Part shown: positions 14,701-27,341 of the stretch, in pieces
Position numbering within the stretch: the first letter of the stretch is position 1
Layout of the letters: every line of letters starts with the position of its first letter
Assembly (NCBI RefSeq): GCF_902459465.1
Contig: NC_047066.1
Span: forward strand, 2,232,001 to 2,296,000
Length of the DNA: 64,000 nt
Direction of reading: 5' to 3'
Origin: Asterias rubens
Taxonomy: Eukaryota
Position numbers and translations under genes: made by a program
The notes under the pieces: model-generated
Seen by the model: the letters and a program-made list of their open reading frames with translations, nothing else
The model's database searches: none
Told to the model about the DNA's origin: nothing

Positions 14701-15373
14701 AAGGTTGTTAAAAGTATCGGAAATACTGGGCAGTGGAAAATTGTCTCTGACCGTGATCTGGTTTAATCTTCTAAAGTCAATACAAAATCTGTATTCGCCA
14801 GTTTTCTTTGTAACCATAACAACTGGACTAGAAAATGGTGAAGTTGACTCTGAAATAATACCATCATTTAACATTTTGTTAACATGTTCTCTTATTGTCT
14901 GCTGTAACCTAGGTGAATGTCTGTATGGGCGGGATCTAACTGGAGGATTGTTACCAATATCGATTCTATGTTCAACCTTATCGTAAAATCCACGTGGGCT
15001 TTTTGCGGTTTCAAACACATCAGCATAACTATTGATTAGAGCTTTAAGCTGTTGTTGTTGAGTAAGGTTTATGGAAGAGGATGAAATGTTAATTTTATCG
15101 AGAACCTCTTGACCACTAAATGAACATTGTGGGTTTGTAACCTCATGACTAATGTTGGTGTTAGGTTCGATCTTGTCAAAATTGGTTAATACAGAAATGT
15201 TCTTCCACAATATTGAACGTACCAATCTTAGTACGGGGAAAAATTGTAACTGGAACCTCGGATGGATTCATTACCATAACTGTTACTTTCGTACCAAAGT
15301 CTGTCATGCGGGAGCTAGATATAGTGTTAGCAACTACTAGACCAATGTTCTGGATATTACGTCCACCATGACC
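11779..15373 (-). pseudogene. Ty3/gypsy pol: dUTPase-like spacer, RT, RNase H, integrase (GPY/F), chromodomain
   Basis: ORF 11848-15225 has FCIDFRRLN, LDMASGYWQI, YLDDII, LQTDAS, an HHCC Zn finger, VDILGPLP/SDRG/QERFN, WCGPF and FHVEKVL..LIKWKDF..NSWEPV. One frameshift lies near 15200, and a premature TAA lies in the chromodomain (frame continues to 11779). Confidence 0.95.
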
Positions 15374-17884
15374 CAGGGCGTCGATCGCTACTGAAAAGTA
15401 GGGGGGACGGGCGAGCAAGTCTTGAAAATAAATGTCGATTTTCTTTTATTTTGATATATATTTTGTTTTTAAAATAAAAATAATAACACTGAACTTACCT
15501 TAGAATTTACCAACAATTCTACCGCGTGTATCAGCTGACTTGAGTAGAAATTCCTGTGCAATGGCTTGAGGATTTACTGCTGCCAGTCGGTCTCGATGTA
15601 CGTGGCAGACCATGAGATGGTTAAGACGTTTCTGAGTCATAGTACTTCGCAACCATGTTTTCTTGCGTCGTAGAGCACTGAATGAACGTTAAGCTACACA
15701 TGAACTTGCTGGGGAGATGAGAAGAAGCCTGAGCAACTGTTCAACTTGAGGGAACATTCTACGGACTTCCGGCACCATTGCCAAAAAGATCTTTCGGTAG
15801 TCCTCAACGGATGATCCACTAAACTGATTCCGAAAGAAGGCCAATTGTTGCTGTAGAGAATCCGTGAGTTCAGGATACTTACGAATTGTATGTGGCTGAA
15901 CGGACCCAGTAAGTAGCACGTCGCTTAAGTCCTTATACAAGATGAGGTCAGTGGATGTGAAGTAGTCTTTTAAGTTAGAAATTGCACTGTCAATGACCTT
16001 GAAGAAATCCACTCTGTACAATTCCTCTGCAGAGTTGGCAGTGTACTCTTGGGTAGCTCCATCATCGTGTCTTTTTGGAAGTTTGCGCTTACGTGGAAGA
16101 GTTACTGGTTCTAGGTTGCACTGTATGAGTAGTTGTTCTGTTGCTTCAAAGACCTCCCTAAATTGTTGAACACAACGAAGGGTGAGTAGATTACGCCTTG
16201 TTACTTCTGCTGCATCAAGCATCCCAGAAACTGTCTTATCTGTTCCTTGGAGAGCCCTATTAAAGTGTTCAAGGCACTGGATAACAGGTAAAGCTGTAAA
16301 CAATCCAAGAATGCATTTTCCAGACGAAAGACAACTATGAAGGCCGCTAGCTCTTGATGAAGTGTTTGTCCCAAAGTCTTCAGCTGCTTCATGAAGGGCG
16401 TCCAATACGGCTTCAAAATTCTGCAAAACCGATTTAACTGCAGCTGAATGCGTTAACCAGCGAGTTGGGCATATTGGCTTTAGTCTTGTAGGGGAAGGAT
16501 TATCAGTGTCAGCAGAATGTAGATTCAAGTACAGGTGTTTGAACTTTCCAGAGCTGTTATATAGGTTGCCGAGTTCCTGTACATATCCAAGGGCATTCCT
16601 TATATATGGTGCAGTTTGCAGTGCTTTGGAAGTGATGAGGTGTGTCACATGGGCTCCGCAGTGAAAGTAACTTGCCATCGGTTGTATTTTTTTAATCTCT
16701 GCTTGACATCCTTTGTATTTTCCAGACATGTTGCTTGCCCCGTCATACGTTTGTGCTCTAAGGTGTTCTATAGGCAGTTGCAGTCGTATCAGGGCATCCT
16801 GCAGCATCTTAGAAAGTGATTCCCCACTTGTTGAGGAAACCTGGTAGAGGCCTAGCATTTCCTCCTGAACAACAAACGAATCATCAACATAACGCACGCA
16901 CACACTCTCCTGTTCATTGCCCTGAATGTCTTGCGTTCCATCAATTATGATTCCAAACTGTGTAGACATTTTGTTCACATCACTGCAGATATCCCTCAAA
17001 ACAGCATGGCCCATTAACTGCAAAATTTCGTTCTGAATGTCACCACCTGTAAAAGTAGTCTTCCTTGTTAGCCATCTTTTCAGATTGTCATCATCATCAG
17101 CCCGCAACTGCAATAGTTTCTGGAAGTTACCATCCAACGCATCTTTTCCTCTAATGGCAAGACCCTGTTGGGCTAAAAACTGCAATGAGGTAATGATCTT
17201 TAGAAGAGCTGACCGTGCGGTATGTTGTTCTTCTCGAAGTCTAGAGTCGAGTTGCACATTGGTATCAGTTTGGATTCTTCGAAATTTTAGATTTTCAGAA
17301 GCAAGCTTGTGAGTGGTCGACTTTTCATGTTGTCTAAATTTCTCTGTGCTCTTCTTCCAGTTGCGAAATCCCTTTGACACAAAAGCCTCATCTGAACAGC
17401 GGGCAAGCTGAGTAAGATTTTGCCGAGAAGCACTAGTACAACAGTGGCAAAGTACCCCACCTATGCTCTGATCGAAATGAAGCCATGGGAAGTCTTTGAA
17501 CCACTTGTGCTGAAACTTAAGCTTACGGTTCTGGAGTGTTTGAACTGGGATGCAACTCACATCATCAGGTTGATAAGGTTGATTGGGGAACTGTTCAGCA
17601 GTAGTCTCTATCTCAACGTTCGAACATTCACCTTGTTCTTTCTCAATCTCACCAATTTCACTTTGTCTTTGGGCATCATGTTCATCCTGTTCCTGTTGAG
17701 ACGTAGCCACTGAGAAGAATTTTCTAAGATCCATTTTAGAAAAGCTTTGGGAGGCCAGCGTGAGCGTTTATCGTTTGGCAGCTTGAAGGTCTTCGACAAA
17801 ATAATCTTGTCATGGCCCAAACTGCTCCTGTTTATTAGCTGTTCCGACCTACCGTCGGAACAGGTATTGTTTTCGTCGAGATTT
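15374..17884 (-). mobile_element. hAT DNA transposon, 3' portion with TIR (copy 2)
   Basis: TIR CAGGGCGTCGAT at 15374 matches the TIR at 29618. Confidence 0.88.
15500..17734 (-). pseudogene. hAT transposase with nonsense codon at the catalytic Glu (copy 2)
   Basis: As copy 1. Reading through the TAA at 15689-15691 gives a 744-aa protein ending at 15500. Confidence 0.9.
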
Positions 17885-20035
17885 TTATTAGGTGTTCGTG
17901 CTGATGCACGAACACCTATTGTTATTGCTCTGTTTTTTTTTCTTCTCCATCTTCCTTCTTCTTCACCGTCAACTCTTATCTACAGCATAACTCAAGATTC
18001 AAGCCAAACTGAACCTTGAAACTCACCAGACAATTGAACCTCAATACGAAGACGGCACAGATTTCATTACGTCATGATGACGTCATTAGGTGTCAAATTA
18101 CAGGGTTTTTAAAGTTGAAAGGGACCATTTTCGTTTTGCTGTATCTCAACGAATATGAAAGCTATGATGTTCAAAGTTTTCGCATCTGATAGACCAAGAC
18201 TGGGGCAACATTTGAAAAGTTAACGCCAAAATCGTACGACCTTAGCATCCGGGTCGTTACCCTGGGTCGAAGTTCACCTTCGGGTTTTTTTTCGTCAAAA
18301 AACAACTTTCGAGCTTTTCTACGGAATAACTCAAGATTGAGATTGAATGGAATGTTGAAACTCAATAGTTAGTTGAACCTCAGTATCAAGACAACACATA
18401 CTTAATTACGTCAGTATGACGTCATCGGGAATTGAATTACGTTAGATCAAAGTTTAATATTTGTAAAAATCATAACTCAAAAACTATGATTCGGATTTTG
18501 ACAATCTACACATCATCGGATAGATCATTAAATTACTCACCCTGGCAGACTAATTCTTCTCTAACATTATTTAATTAATAAAATATTTTTAATACTTCTA
18601 GTGCAAAACAAAATTTGAAAATTTCATAAAATCTTATCGTATTCATGTTTTTAAAACTACTGATCATTTCAACGTAATTTTTGTTTCAGATTGTAAAACA
18701 GCAATCCCGCTCAATCTTTTGCACAGATATAACCAAATTTGGACCTTTACATCAGTCGAAAACGGACGTCAAAGCACCTGTTGACCCACGCGTTTACCCC
18801 ATTTTGATCAACAACGCACGCTATGTACGCTATGCAGTGCAAGCGCGGGAATTCCCAAAAATGCTCTCTTTAGTCCAGCGAAAGAGGGCGCTGTAACGTT
18901 TTTAGTAACATCGAGCGCTGAGTGAATCGCGGTGAATCGCAATAGTTGAGTAATAATGAACAACGTCTCGCACCAAAACTACAAGTAGGAATACATATGC
19001 ATTGATGTTATAAGATACATTATACACCTTCAGATAGTCCATCACATAATTATAAAATGTTTACAAGTCATACATCAGCTGAAAGGTTTTAATGAACTAG
19101 TCAGGATCTACACAAATGAAATCAGTTTAAACTTGGCTTCTTGTTCAAACCAGAGGTTGAAAATAATTGGTCAAAGAAAAATAATTTCACAACCACACAT
19201 TTGATTTTTTATATATTTATACGTCATTGGGTAGGTATGTAACAACTTAAGAAACGATACACAACATTGACTATTAAACCTTGACCTTCAGTTAAACAGG
19301 AAGATGCAGTTAATTATTTGAAAAAATATTACCCCAGAACCAGAAATTAGTTGTTTATTATCTGAACGTCGTCAGATAAGGCTTTGAAAAACATTACTAA
19401 CGCTATAATTTGTGACCTGACAAAATTGTCTTCCGGTTCAAACCGGATATTTAATATTTGAAAAAAATCATAACACCTGAACCATACATTGGATTTTTTC
19501 AATCTATGCATCATCTGAAAGGTCTTAATAGACTTATCACGTGCTATACAATATGCGACCCTGTTTGACCTTGACTTCCAGTTAAAGTTGGAAACTGATA
19601 TATAATGTTTGAAAAATAAAAAAATCCTAAACCACATGATTTGATTTTTATCATCTATACGTCAAAAGAAAGAACTCAAAAGACATCACCAACGCTACCA
19701 AGTGTGACCTCATTTGACAGTACCTTCCGGTTCAAAACGGAAGTTGAAACTTTATATTTGAAAAAATCATAACTTCTAAACCAAATATTGGATTTTTACG
19801 ACCCATCCATCATTTAAAAGGTCTTAATAAACTTATCACGCGCAACATAAAAAGTAACCCCTATTTGACCTTTTATCCGATGCAAACCGGATGTTGGTGT
19901 TTAATTTGTAAACAAATCATAACTCCTTAACCAGTCATTGGATTGATGAGGTAAATGTTGTCACCAATTCATTCACTCACTCACCACGAACACCTTGTTT
20001 TTGTAGTAAACAAAATTGTACATGTACCTCTAGTT
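17885..20035 (+). mobile_element. Helentron/HINE-like non-autonomous element (copy 2)
   Basis: 5' palindrome at 17889-17917 and 3' subterminal repeat plus CTAGTT at 19985-20035. Inserted in a T run of the hAT leader. Confidence 0.6.
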
Positions 20036-21076
20036 ATTTTTATTATTATTATTATTCTTTGTTTCCGCACAAAACCCCATTGCGTTTGTACAGCATTTTT
20101 GTTCATGCTCCGTCTCCTAAAGTATAAGGATAAAAGAGTTAAATCATTTATCAAATTGAAGCTTAGAACATAAGCTTTACTCTAATAAAAAAGTGTTAAC
20201 ATTCTTAATTAATTAACCACGTGGTCTTCATTTGAATTTTTAATTTGTAAACTTGATGCAGTCACTTTCATGTTATTGTGAAACATTCTCTTCGGTAATA
20301 CAACACAGTATGTACTTCGATGAGTTGTTGACTTCTTGAAAGGAGTCTATACTATTTTGTTTCCTACCTGCGTTCTGGACACATTACTCTGTACACGCAC
20401 AACGTACGGAGGTTTAGGATTTTCGTTAAATCAACTTGTACTAGATCAAACATCAAACCACCGACCCCCAAAAAATTTTAAAATCGTAATTAACTAACCC
20501 CGTGACCCATATTTGCATATTTAATTGTACAAGGGGACAAAGTTGTTGGAGCTTCCTGTTGATGCTGACATCATGAGAACATCAGCACAAGTATTGGAAT
20601 TGCACTATTGAACCACTTGGAGTGTTCATGGAGTCCAACACGTCAGTCTAGAGTCCAACTCTGATTGAAAAAAACAATTCAGGCATCATCTTCAATTTAA
20701 TTTTATGCAACAAGCAAACTTATAAATTTTCTGATTTTATTTCAAAGGGTAACATAAATGGCTGTTAGCAAACGGTTTCCAACAAAAACTACATGGTGTA
20801 CGTGCATAATACTCTTACTGGCCTCAAGCATTGACCTCTAGATAATAAATCAAGCATTCAGTTTCGAACAATACCAATCGTCAGCCGTTGAAGTTCATTG
20901 AACATGGGGCTGATGGCGATCAAAAGGCTAAAAGTTTGTTATCGCCACATTATTCAGCGAACCATGAATCATACACAGCTACTATTCACAAGAAAATCTA
21001 TGCGTTGAGGGTAAACAGACAGCACACAATGGAACCACTGGGCTCACACTGTGTGGTCTAGTATAGGAAGATATTA

Positions 21077-24000
21077 TGGAACGCCAAAGAGGCATTTAAT
21101 CATCGGTGATGGTCGTTTGCAACCGGTGATCAAATTTGTCATCGGTGGTGGTCCTATGCGATCGGTGATCAACTTTAGCAATCGGTGATAAAACACGATC
21201 GGTGGTCCATTTTAGCGATCGGTCATGCATATTCATGATCGGTGATGGTATTAGCGATCGGTCATGCATATTCACGACCGGTGATAGCTTTTTGCAATCG
21301 GTCAACTTTAGGGATCGGTGATGGCTTTTTGCAATCGGTCTACTTTAGGGATCGGTGATGGCTTTTTGCAATCGGTCAACTTTAGTGATCGGTGATGGCT
21401 TTTTGCATTCGGTCAACTTTAGTGATCGGTGATGGCTTTTTGCAATCGGTCAACTTTAGTGATCGGAGGTGGCTTTTTGCAATCAGTCAAGTTTAGGGAT
21501 CGGTGGTGGCTTTTTGCAATCGGTCAACTTTTGCAACCGGTGATGGGATTTTGGGATATCCGAATTTTGCGTCCGGTCGGTGCAGGCCTACTTCAAAAAC
21601 TATGATTGTGTAGATTGTGGATAATAATTGTTGTTATTTTCTAGTTCACACCACCGTGGAGGAATAAATTACACTCACCAGCGGGTTGAATGACGTGCCA
21701 AACATTTTTAGAAGAGTACCTTTTTCTAACTATGTAAGGGGGAACGCAACAAACATCAAATTAATTAGCTCTTTCTAAAAAATAATAATAATAATAACAA
21801 AGGGGTATGAGAGGGTGTGCAAGCGGATATATGTCCCACAATTGGTTGTCGTCTTCCGGAAATGGTGTATGCCGGGGAAATACAAATAGTTATATTCAGT
21901 GAAGGGAAATGTTTTTGAACAAGAGTCTTTTAACCGATAGTTTTGTGTGTTAGGTGAAATTTGAAATCATACAAGTAGCCCTGTGTAAACAGAGCCGGAG
22001 GTGAGAACATTATGACCACACAAAAACCGTTTTTGATCGAAAAAACATAATTTTTATGTGCATCATATGAATGGGTTTTTTTTAGGACAAGCACAGATAT
22101 AGTAAAACCGGGACGCACTCAACACGTTTTATAAAAGGCTAGGTAAAGTATTATACAAATATTTCCTTTTAAACGGAGAGGCATGTATTAATTGAATCCA
22201 AAGCGAAAAACGTACGGTATAAAGTTCTTAATTTAGGGGGGGGGGGGGCGCAAGGCGAAACAGGTGTTATAAAGTACTAAAGCGGAAATAATACAGGAGC
22301 GAGAAATTCTCAACCAAATCCAGTGTCAGGGAGGGTGGAGGTGTTTGGAAAAGGAAAACATGTTATTGGTGAGGTCTCTCACTGTTGGAGTCATTGATGA
22401 CATAATCATATAAAAAAAAAATTTAAAAAAACATTCACTTGACCAGTTTATCTCATAGTTTATCTCCCAATCATGGAGGAATGTCCCGATCAACACCCAT
22501 CTCTGGACGTCCCCAGCAGGAGTCTTCCTGTGTCCATGAACTGTACTGTAGTATAGGTATCTTTAACCACCTGGCTGCATATCATTATAAAATTGTTAAA
22601 CCGTACCACGTTTTAATAAGAACCAAGCTTTAGTGCAGTGGCTATGGGAGACAATAAATTCACAATACCCAAAGGCGTGGGGACAACTTGAGTGACTGGT
22701 CTCACTTCATTGATCATCTGTATGTCTATATCTTCTAGAATTTGGAAATCTCCAGTTCAAATACTCATACAAAAACTAGTGATTTCCTTTTCCAAACTTA
22801 ATCTGTAAATCTACCGTATCTAAAGTTTAAACTTCTCCTCTGAACAAAGGGGCAAAATTTCATTCCCTGAACTATATGCACACAAAAACACACCAACCAT
22901 GGCCAAACAAAAGCGAATATTGTGAGAAATCTGAGTAGGGTCACTTGTCAAACAAAATGAGAGTATTTTGTCATAATTTCATAGAGCAATCATGAAATTC
23001 AGAAATATTATCGGTACAGACTCGTATTAGTTGTTCAAAAAACATTTAAAAATATTTGTATTCCCACACCATTTCTGGAGGACGACAACCAGTTGGGACA
23101 TGGATCCCCTTCCGCACCCTCTCCTACCCCGTTGTTATTTTACATTTTAGAAAGAGCTAGCTAATTTGATGTTTGTTGCGTCCCCCTGACATAGTTATAC
23201 AATGAGACTCTTCTATGAATGTATGGCAAGTCAGTCAAACAGACTGGTGAGTGGCGTAATCTGCAAACATAGGTTTTGAAATAGGCTTGCACCGGACGCA
23301 AAATACCATCACCGATGATTATTTGCCTCTTTGGCGTGGCGCCAACGCCAAAGAGGCAAATAATCATCGGTGATACTTGGCATAAAATGTGTCACTGACC
23401 TCATTACTATAATAAGCGAAGAGTTCCCACGGTCAACTCATTACCATATTGCCCGCGAAAGACGAGACATGTTTACATCACACCACCACCACGGACGCTC
23501 AGTGAGCGTGATAGGGTCCAAAGGTTGTGATAAGAGAAGTGCGTGATTGGACGTCAAAATGATTAATTAATTTACTTCACATCCTGTAGCTGTGTTGTCT
23601 GATGTCTGACGAAAGCTATACATATTCATGAGCTGCATACTAGCATATCAAAGAGCCCCCCCCCTTTAATTTCCTCGTTTGAAAAGGCCTAAAGATATCC
23701 TAACCCACACCCTCTCCTACCGATTTGTTATTATTATTTTTTTTTAGAAAGAGCTAATTAATTTGATGTTTGTTGCGCTCCCCCTTACATAGTTATAAAA
23801 TGGTACTCTTCTAAAAATGTTTGGCAAGTCAGTCAACCCGCTGGTGAGTGTAATATTCCTCCATGGTGGTGTGAACTAGAAAATAACAACAATTAATATC
23901 CACAATCTACACAATCATAGGTTTTGAAGTAGGCCTGCACCGACCGGACGCACAATTCGGAAATCCCAAAAATCCACCACCGGTTGCAAAAGTTGACCGA

Positions 24001-24446
24001 TTGCAAAAAGCCAACACCGATCCCTAAAGTTGACCGATTGCAAAAAGCCATCACCGATCCCTAAAGTTGACCGATTGCAAAAAGCCATCACCGGTCACTA
24101 AAGTTGACCGATTGCAAAAAGCCATCACCGATCACTAAAGTTGACCGATTGCAAAAAGCCATCACCGATCCCTAAAGTTGACCGATTGCAAAAAGCCATC
24201 ACCGATCACTAAAGTTGACCACCGATTGCAAAAAGCCATCACCGGTCGTGAATATGCATGACCGATCGCTAATACCATCACCGATCATGAATATGCATGG
24301 CCGATCGCTAAAATGGACCACCGATCGTGTTTTATCACCGATTGCTAAAGTTGATCACCGATCGCATAGGATAACCACCGATGACAAATTTGATCACCGG
24401 TTGCAAACGACCATCACCGATGATTAAATGCCTCTTTGGCGTTCCA
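21077..24446. mobile_element. Fold-back-type element: ~730-bp inverted arms each with a 37-bp tandem array, TA flanks
   Basis: TA|TGGAACGCCAAAGAGGCATTTAATCATCGG ... CCGATGATTAAATGCCTCTTTGGCGTTCCA|TA. Arms are 21077-~21810 and ~23706-24446. No transposase ORF. Confidence 0.75.
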
Positions 24447-24592
24447 TACATTTCTAACATTCAACGCACAACTTCTGCTTGTTCACATTAAATTTACCTT
24501 CATCACAATTAATTGTAATGGGGGTGTGGGTGTGTGTGTGTGTGTTGTAGAATTATATAAAACCAACATTGAGGAGGAAACCCAATGAAACA

Positions 24593-25648
24593 ATGAATAT
24601 CAAGACCACCTTCTGTTTTACGTTGATTTACGGACTTTTGGTGTTTGGAGTGGTGTATTTTGTTATGCGTAGAGATGACAATTTACTCCTGGCACAACGA
24701 CACAAAACATTGTCTGGTGTAATAACCGTGAGTGGAAGTAGGCCTACTGCACGCAAGAACATCACAATGCAGAGACCAACCAAAAAACAAAATAAAACCA
24801 TCGATTTAACCACAGTGGAACCAGTCGTCAATCCTCATCGTTTCGAGTTTACAATACACAACCAAGCTGCCTGCTTCAACAGGAACAACTCACACGGAGA
24901 ACTCTTCTTGGTTTTGCTCGTCAAATGTGCAACTTTCGAGAAGTTGGACCGAGAGCAAATCCGGAAAACTTGGGGAGGTGTCAAGGAGGTTCTCGGTAGA
25001 CGAGTCCTGACGATGTTTCTTCTAGGGGAGTCAACGGACCCCATCATTCGGAGACAAATTCAAGAGGAAAACCGTGAATTCCATGATCTTATCCAAGAAG
25101 ACTTCATCGATGCGTACACAAATCTGACTTACAAAAACATGATGGGACTGAAGTGGGTCTCGATGTACTGCCATCAAACCAGCTTTGTATTCAGTGTAGA
25201 TGCTGACATGATGATTAACATTGTAACACTGGTGAAACGTCTGTCCAAAATGCCCAAGACTAACTTTGCAGAAGGACATCTTAGGACAAATGTCATCGTA
25301 GAAAGAGGAAACAAATCCAAGTGGTACATCCCAAAGGAGGTTTACGCTCCTAAAAGGTATCCACCTTTTCTTAATGGCGCTTGCTACGCAATGTCTCGAG
25401 ATGTAGCTGTGCGTGTCTTTGACAAGAGTAAGTATGTTCCGTTCCTTCGTCTCGATGATGCATTTGTAGGAATAACTATGAACAAAACCGGCATCATTCT
25501 GCGATTTTCTCCGATGTACGAGCAATATTCGAAGAAGTACTCTGAGGCGATGAAAAAGGGTATTGGAGTTGGAATACTTCACAACAGACATCGTCTCAAT
25601 GATAAAATGTTGAGCCTTTGGCATAAACTAGTTGGATCGCAAATTTAG
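24593..25648 (+). CDS. Beta-1,3-galactosyltransferase / GT31 family type II membrane glycosyltransferase (351 aa), copy 1
   Basis: Intact ORF with an N-terminal TM segment, REQIRKTW, DLIQEDFIDAYTNLTYK, a DxD motif (VDADM), YPPFLNGACYAMS and LDDAFVG. Splice acceptor TTGTAG at 24550 lies upstream of the ATG. Confidence 0.92.
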   Translation: MNIKTTFCFTLIYGLLVFGVVYFVMRRDDNLLLAQRHKTLSGVITVSGSRPTARKNITMQRPTKKQNKTIDLTTVEPVVNPHRFEFTIHNQAACFNRNNSHGELFLVLLVKCATFEKLDREQIRKTWGGVKEVLGRRVLTMFLLGESTDPIIRRQIQEENREFHDLIQEDFIDAYTNLTYKNMMGLKWVSMYCHQTSFVFSVDADMMINIVTLVKRLSKMPKTNFAEGHLRTNVIVERGNKSKWYIPKEVYAPKRYPPFLNGACYAMSRDVAVRVFDKSKYVPFLRLDDAFVGITMNKTGIILRFSPMYEQYSKKYSEAMKKGIGVGILHNRHRLNDKMLSLWHKLVGSQI

Positions 25649-26030
25649 GACATGTCATACTATATGACGGCCTTGTGACCAATATTTACGACATGGAGTC
25701 CTGTGATTAAGTCGTGAACTTTGTCAGTGTCGTCAGTTTGTATGACTTGGGGTCAAAGTGAGTGTCGTCAATATTCAGGACTTGAGGCACAAGTCATGAA
25801 ATTGGTCGTAATAATGGCGTCAATATTCACGAGTTGAGGCTCAAGTCCTGACTTTTGTCGTAAATACTGGAGTCAATGTTTATGACTAAAGACACGGAAC
25901 CCTGAAACAGAGTGTGGCTTTTATTTATAAAATACGTTTAATACTTTTAATTAGTCCTGTCACTATAGACTTAAATGATGTATCGTACGTACGGCGAAAC
26001 GCTAGTCCAGCAGTCCGCAGAGAAGCGTTA

Positions 26031-26130
26031 AGCCCGGTTCATACTTCCTTCCTGCGAATTCATAGAGCGAAGCGAATGTTGACATCAAATTCACGTCAAA
26101 TTCGCATTCGCAGGAAGTATGAACCGGTCT
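26031..26130. mobile_element. PIF/Harbinger-type MITE
   Basis: TIR AGCCCGGTTCATACTTC with TTA target duplication on both sides. Same family as 54131-54310. Confidence 0.75.
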
Positions 26131-27341
26131 TTACCGCGGTATTTCTTATATATAGGTTTTCTCGGTCAATTTCGGAAAATGTGCAGCCAATTTAATTTTC
26201 ATGCATTCGAATTAAAGCTATTTTGTCCCTCTCCGGTTTTTACTGCGTTTCAAATTCAGAACTCGGTCATTCAATTTCGTTTTGAGGCATTCAAGTTCCT
26301 AGCACACCGATTCTTTTTCATGACACACAATCATCATTCAATTTAGCAGAGCTGGTTCGACTAGAGATTTTGCTGATTTAATCCTTTTCAATTTCGTAAA
26401 GAGGCAATCAATTTCGCTAAACGAGGATTAAAATAAGCCAGGAGTTAAAATGAATGGATTTTTGTTGAAATTGACCGGGAAAACCTATAATAGTAATAAT
26501 AGTAATAAAACATAATAATAATAAAAGGTATTTGTAATGCGCCAAATCAATCGAAGCAGATGTTCAAGGCGCGGCAGAAACAGCAATATGTAACAAATGA
26601 ACCCACATTCACATCCACGTGAATGCAATATCATTCAATAATAATAACACATGTATTATGTATACTGGATTAATGAGACATGTCATTTGAAAGGGAGAGG
26701 TGGGCCTTGAAAAGCGTTTGTTATAAAATGCATATGGTTAGAAAGATGATTTAGAAGTAGAATATATCCACACAAATATGCCTCTAAATTGTTGCACCAT
26801 TTTGTGGAGTCAAATGTTTGGTTCTATAATGGCGGGCCGCGTGTTGGAAACCGCGTGTTGGTTCACGATGTAAAAGGAAGCCCACGTGATTTCGAGGCAT
26901 ATTTGTATGGATCATTGGTTTTTTTTTTACTCATTTCATAACAAACGCTTTTCATAGCCCAACTTGCCCGATCCAATGCAATTGTTCCTTTAATGAAGTG
27001 AACGTTTGAACAAATTTAGCTAAAAACATAATAAAACAATTCAGGAATTAATTTATAAATTCAAACTTTATGAGTTCTAACTTTGAAAAGAAAACAACAC
27101 TTATGGAACAGTATCATAAAGGTAATCACCCTGTTTCCAATTACAGTAATGAATGCTAAATTCGTTGCGCAAACATGGCACCAGACTATTATTTCGTCCA
27201 GCCTCAGTTTGGTTACAATGAGTTGGAATGGAGTAAAATCAAGATGGCCACGCCGTGCTAAAGGTCTATTCTTAGTGTCGGACTCTGTTATAAATTGCAT
27301 ATTATAACATATTTTTAATAGTCCGACGAAGAATTCTTACT

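Larger units (their letters stand above)
10438..22482. repeat. Tandem duplication A, copy 2 (~12.04 kb unit)
   Basis: Junction ...CATGGAGGAAT|TGGCTCG at 10437/10438, versus ...CATGGAGGAAT|GTCCCG at 22482. Confidence 0.95.

Noticed and set aside
11848-15691. Both premature stops are apparent GAA>TAA changes, suggesting programmed readthrough or a variant code
   Set aside because: Two events are compatible with chance. TAA is used as a normal stop by these same elements.
21290-21540. 37-bp and 53-bp arrays as CRISPR-like repeat-spacer arrays
   Set aside because: The units are contiguous with no unique spacers, there are no cas genes, and the context is eukaryotic.
25031-25624. 197-aa antisense ORF (and copy at 35758)
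   Set aside because: It is a shadow of the GT31 coding strand with no recognisable motifs.
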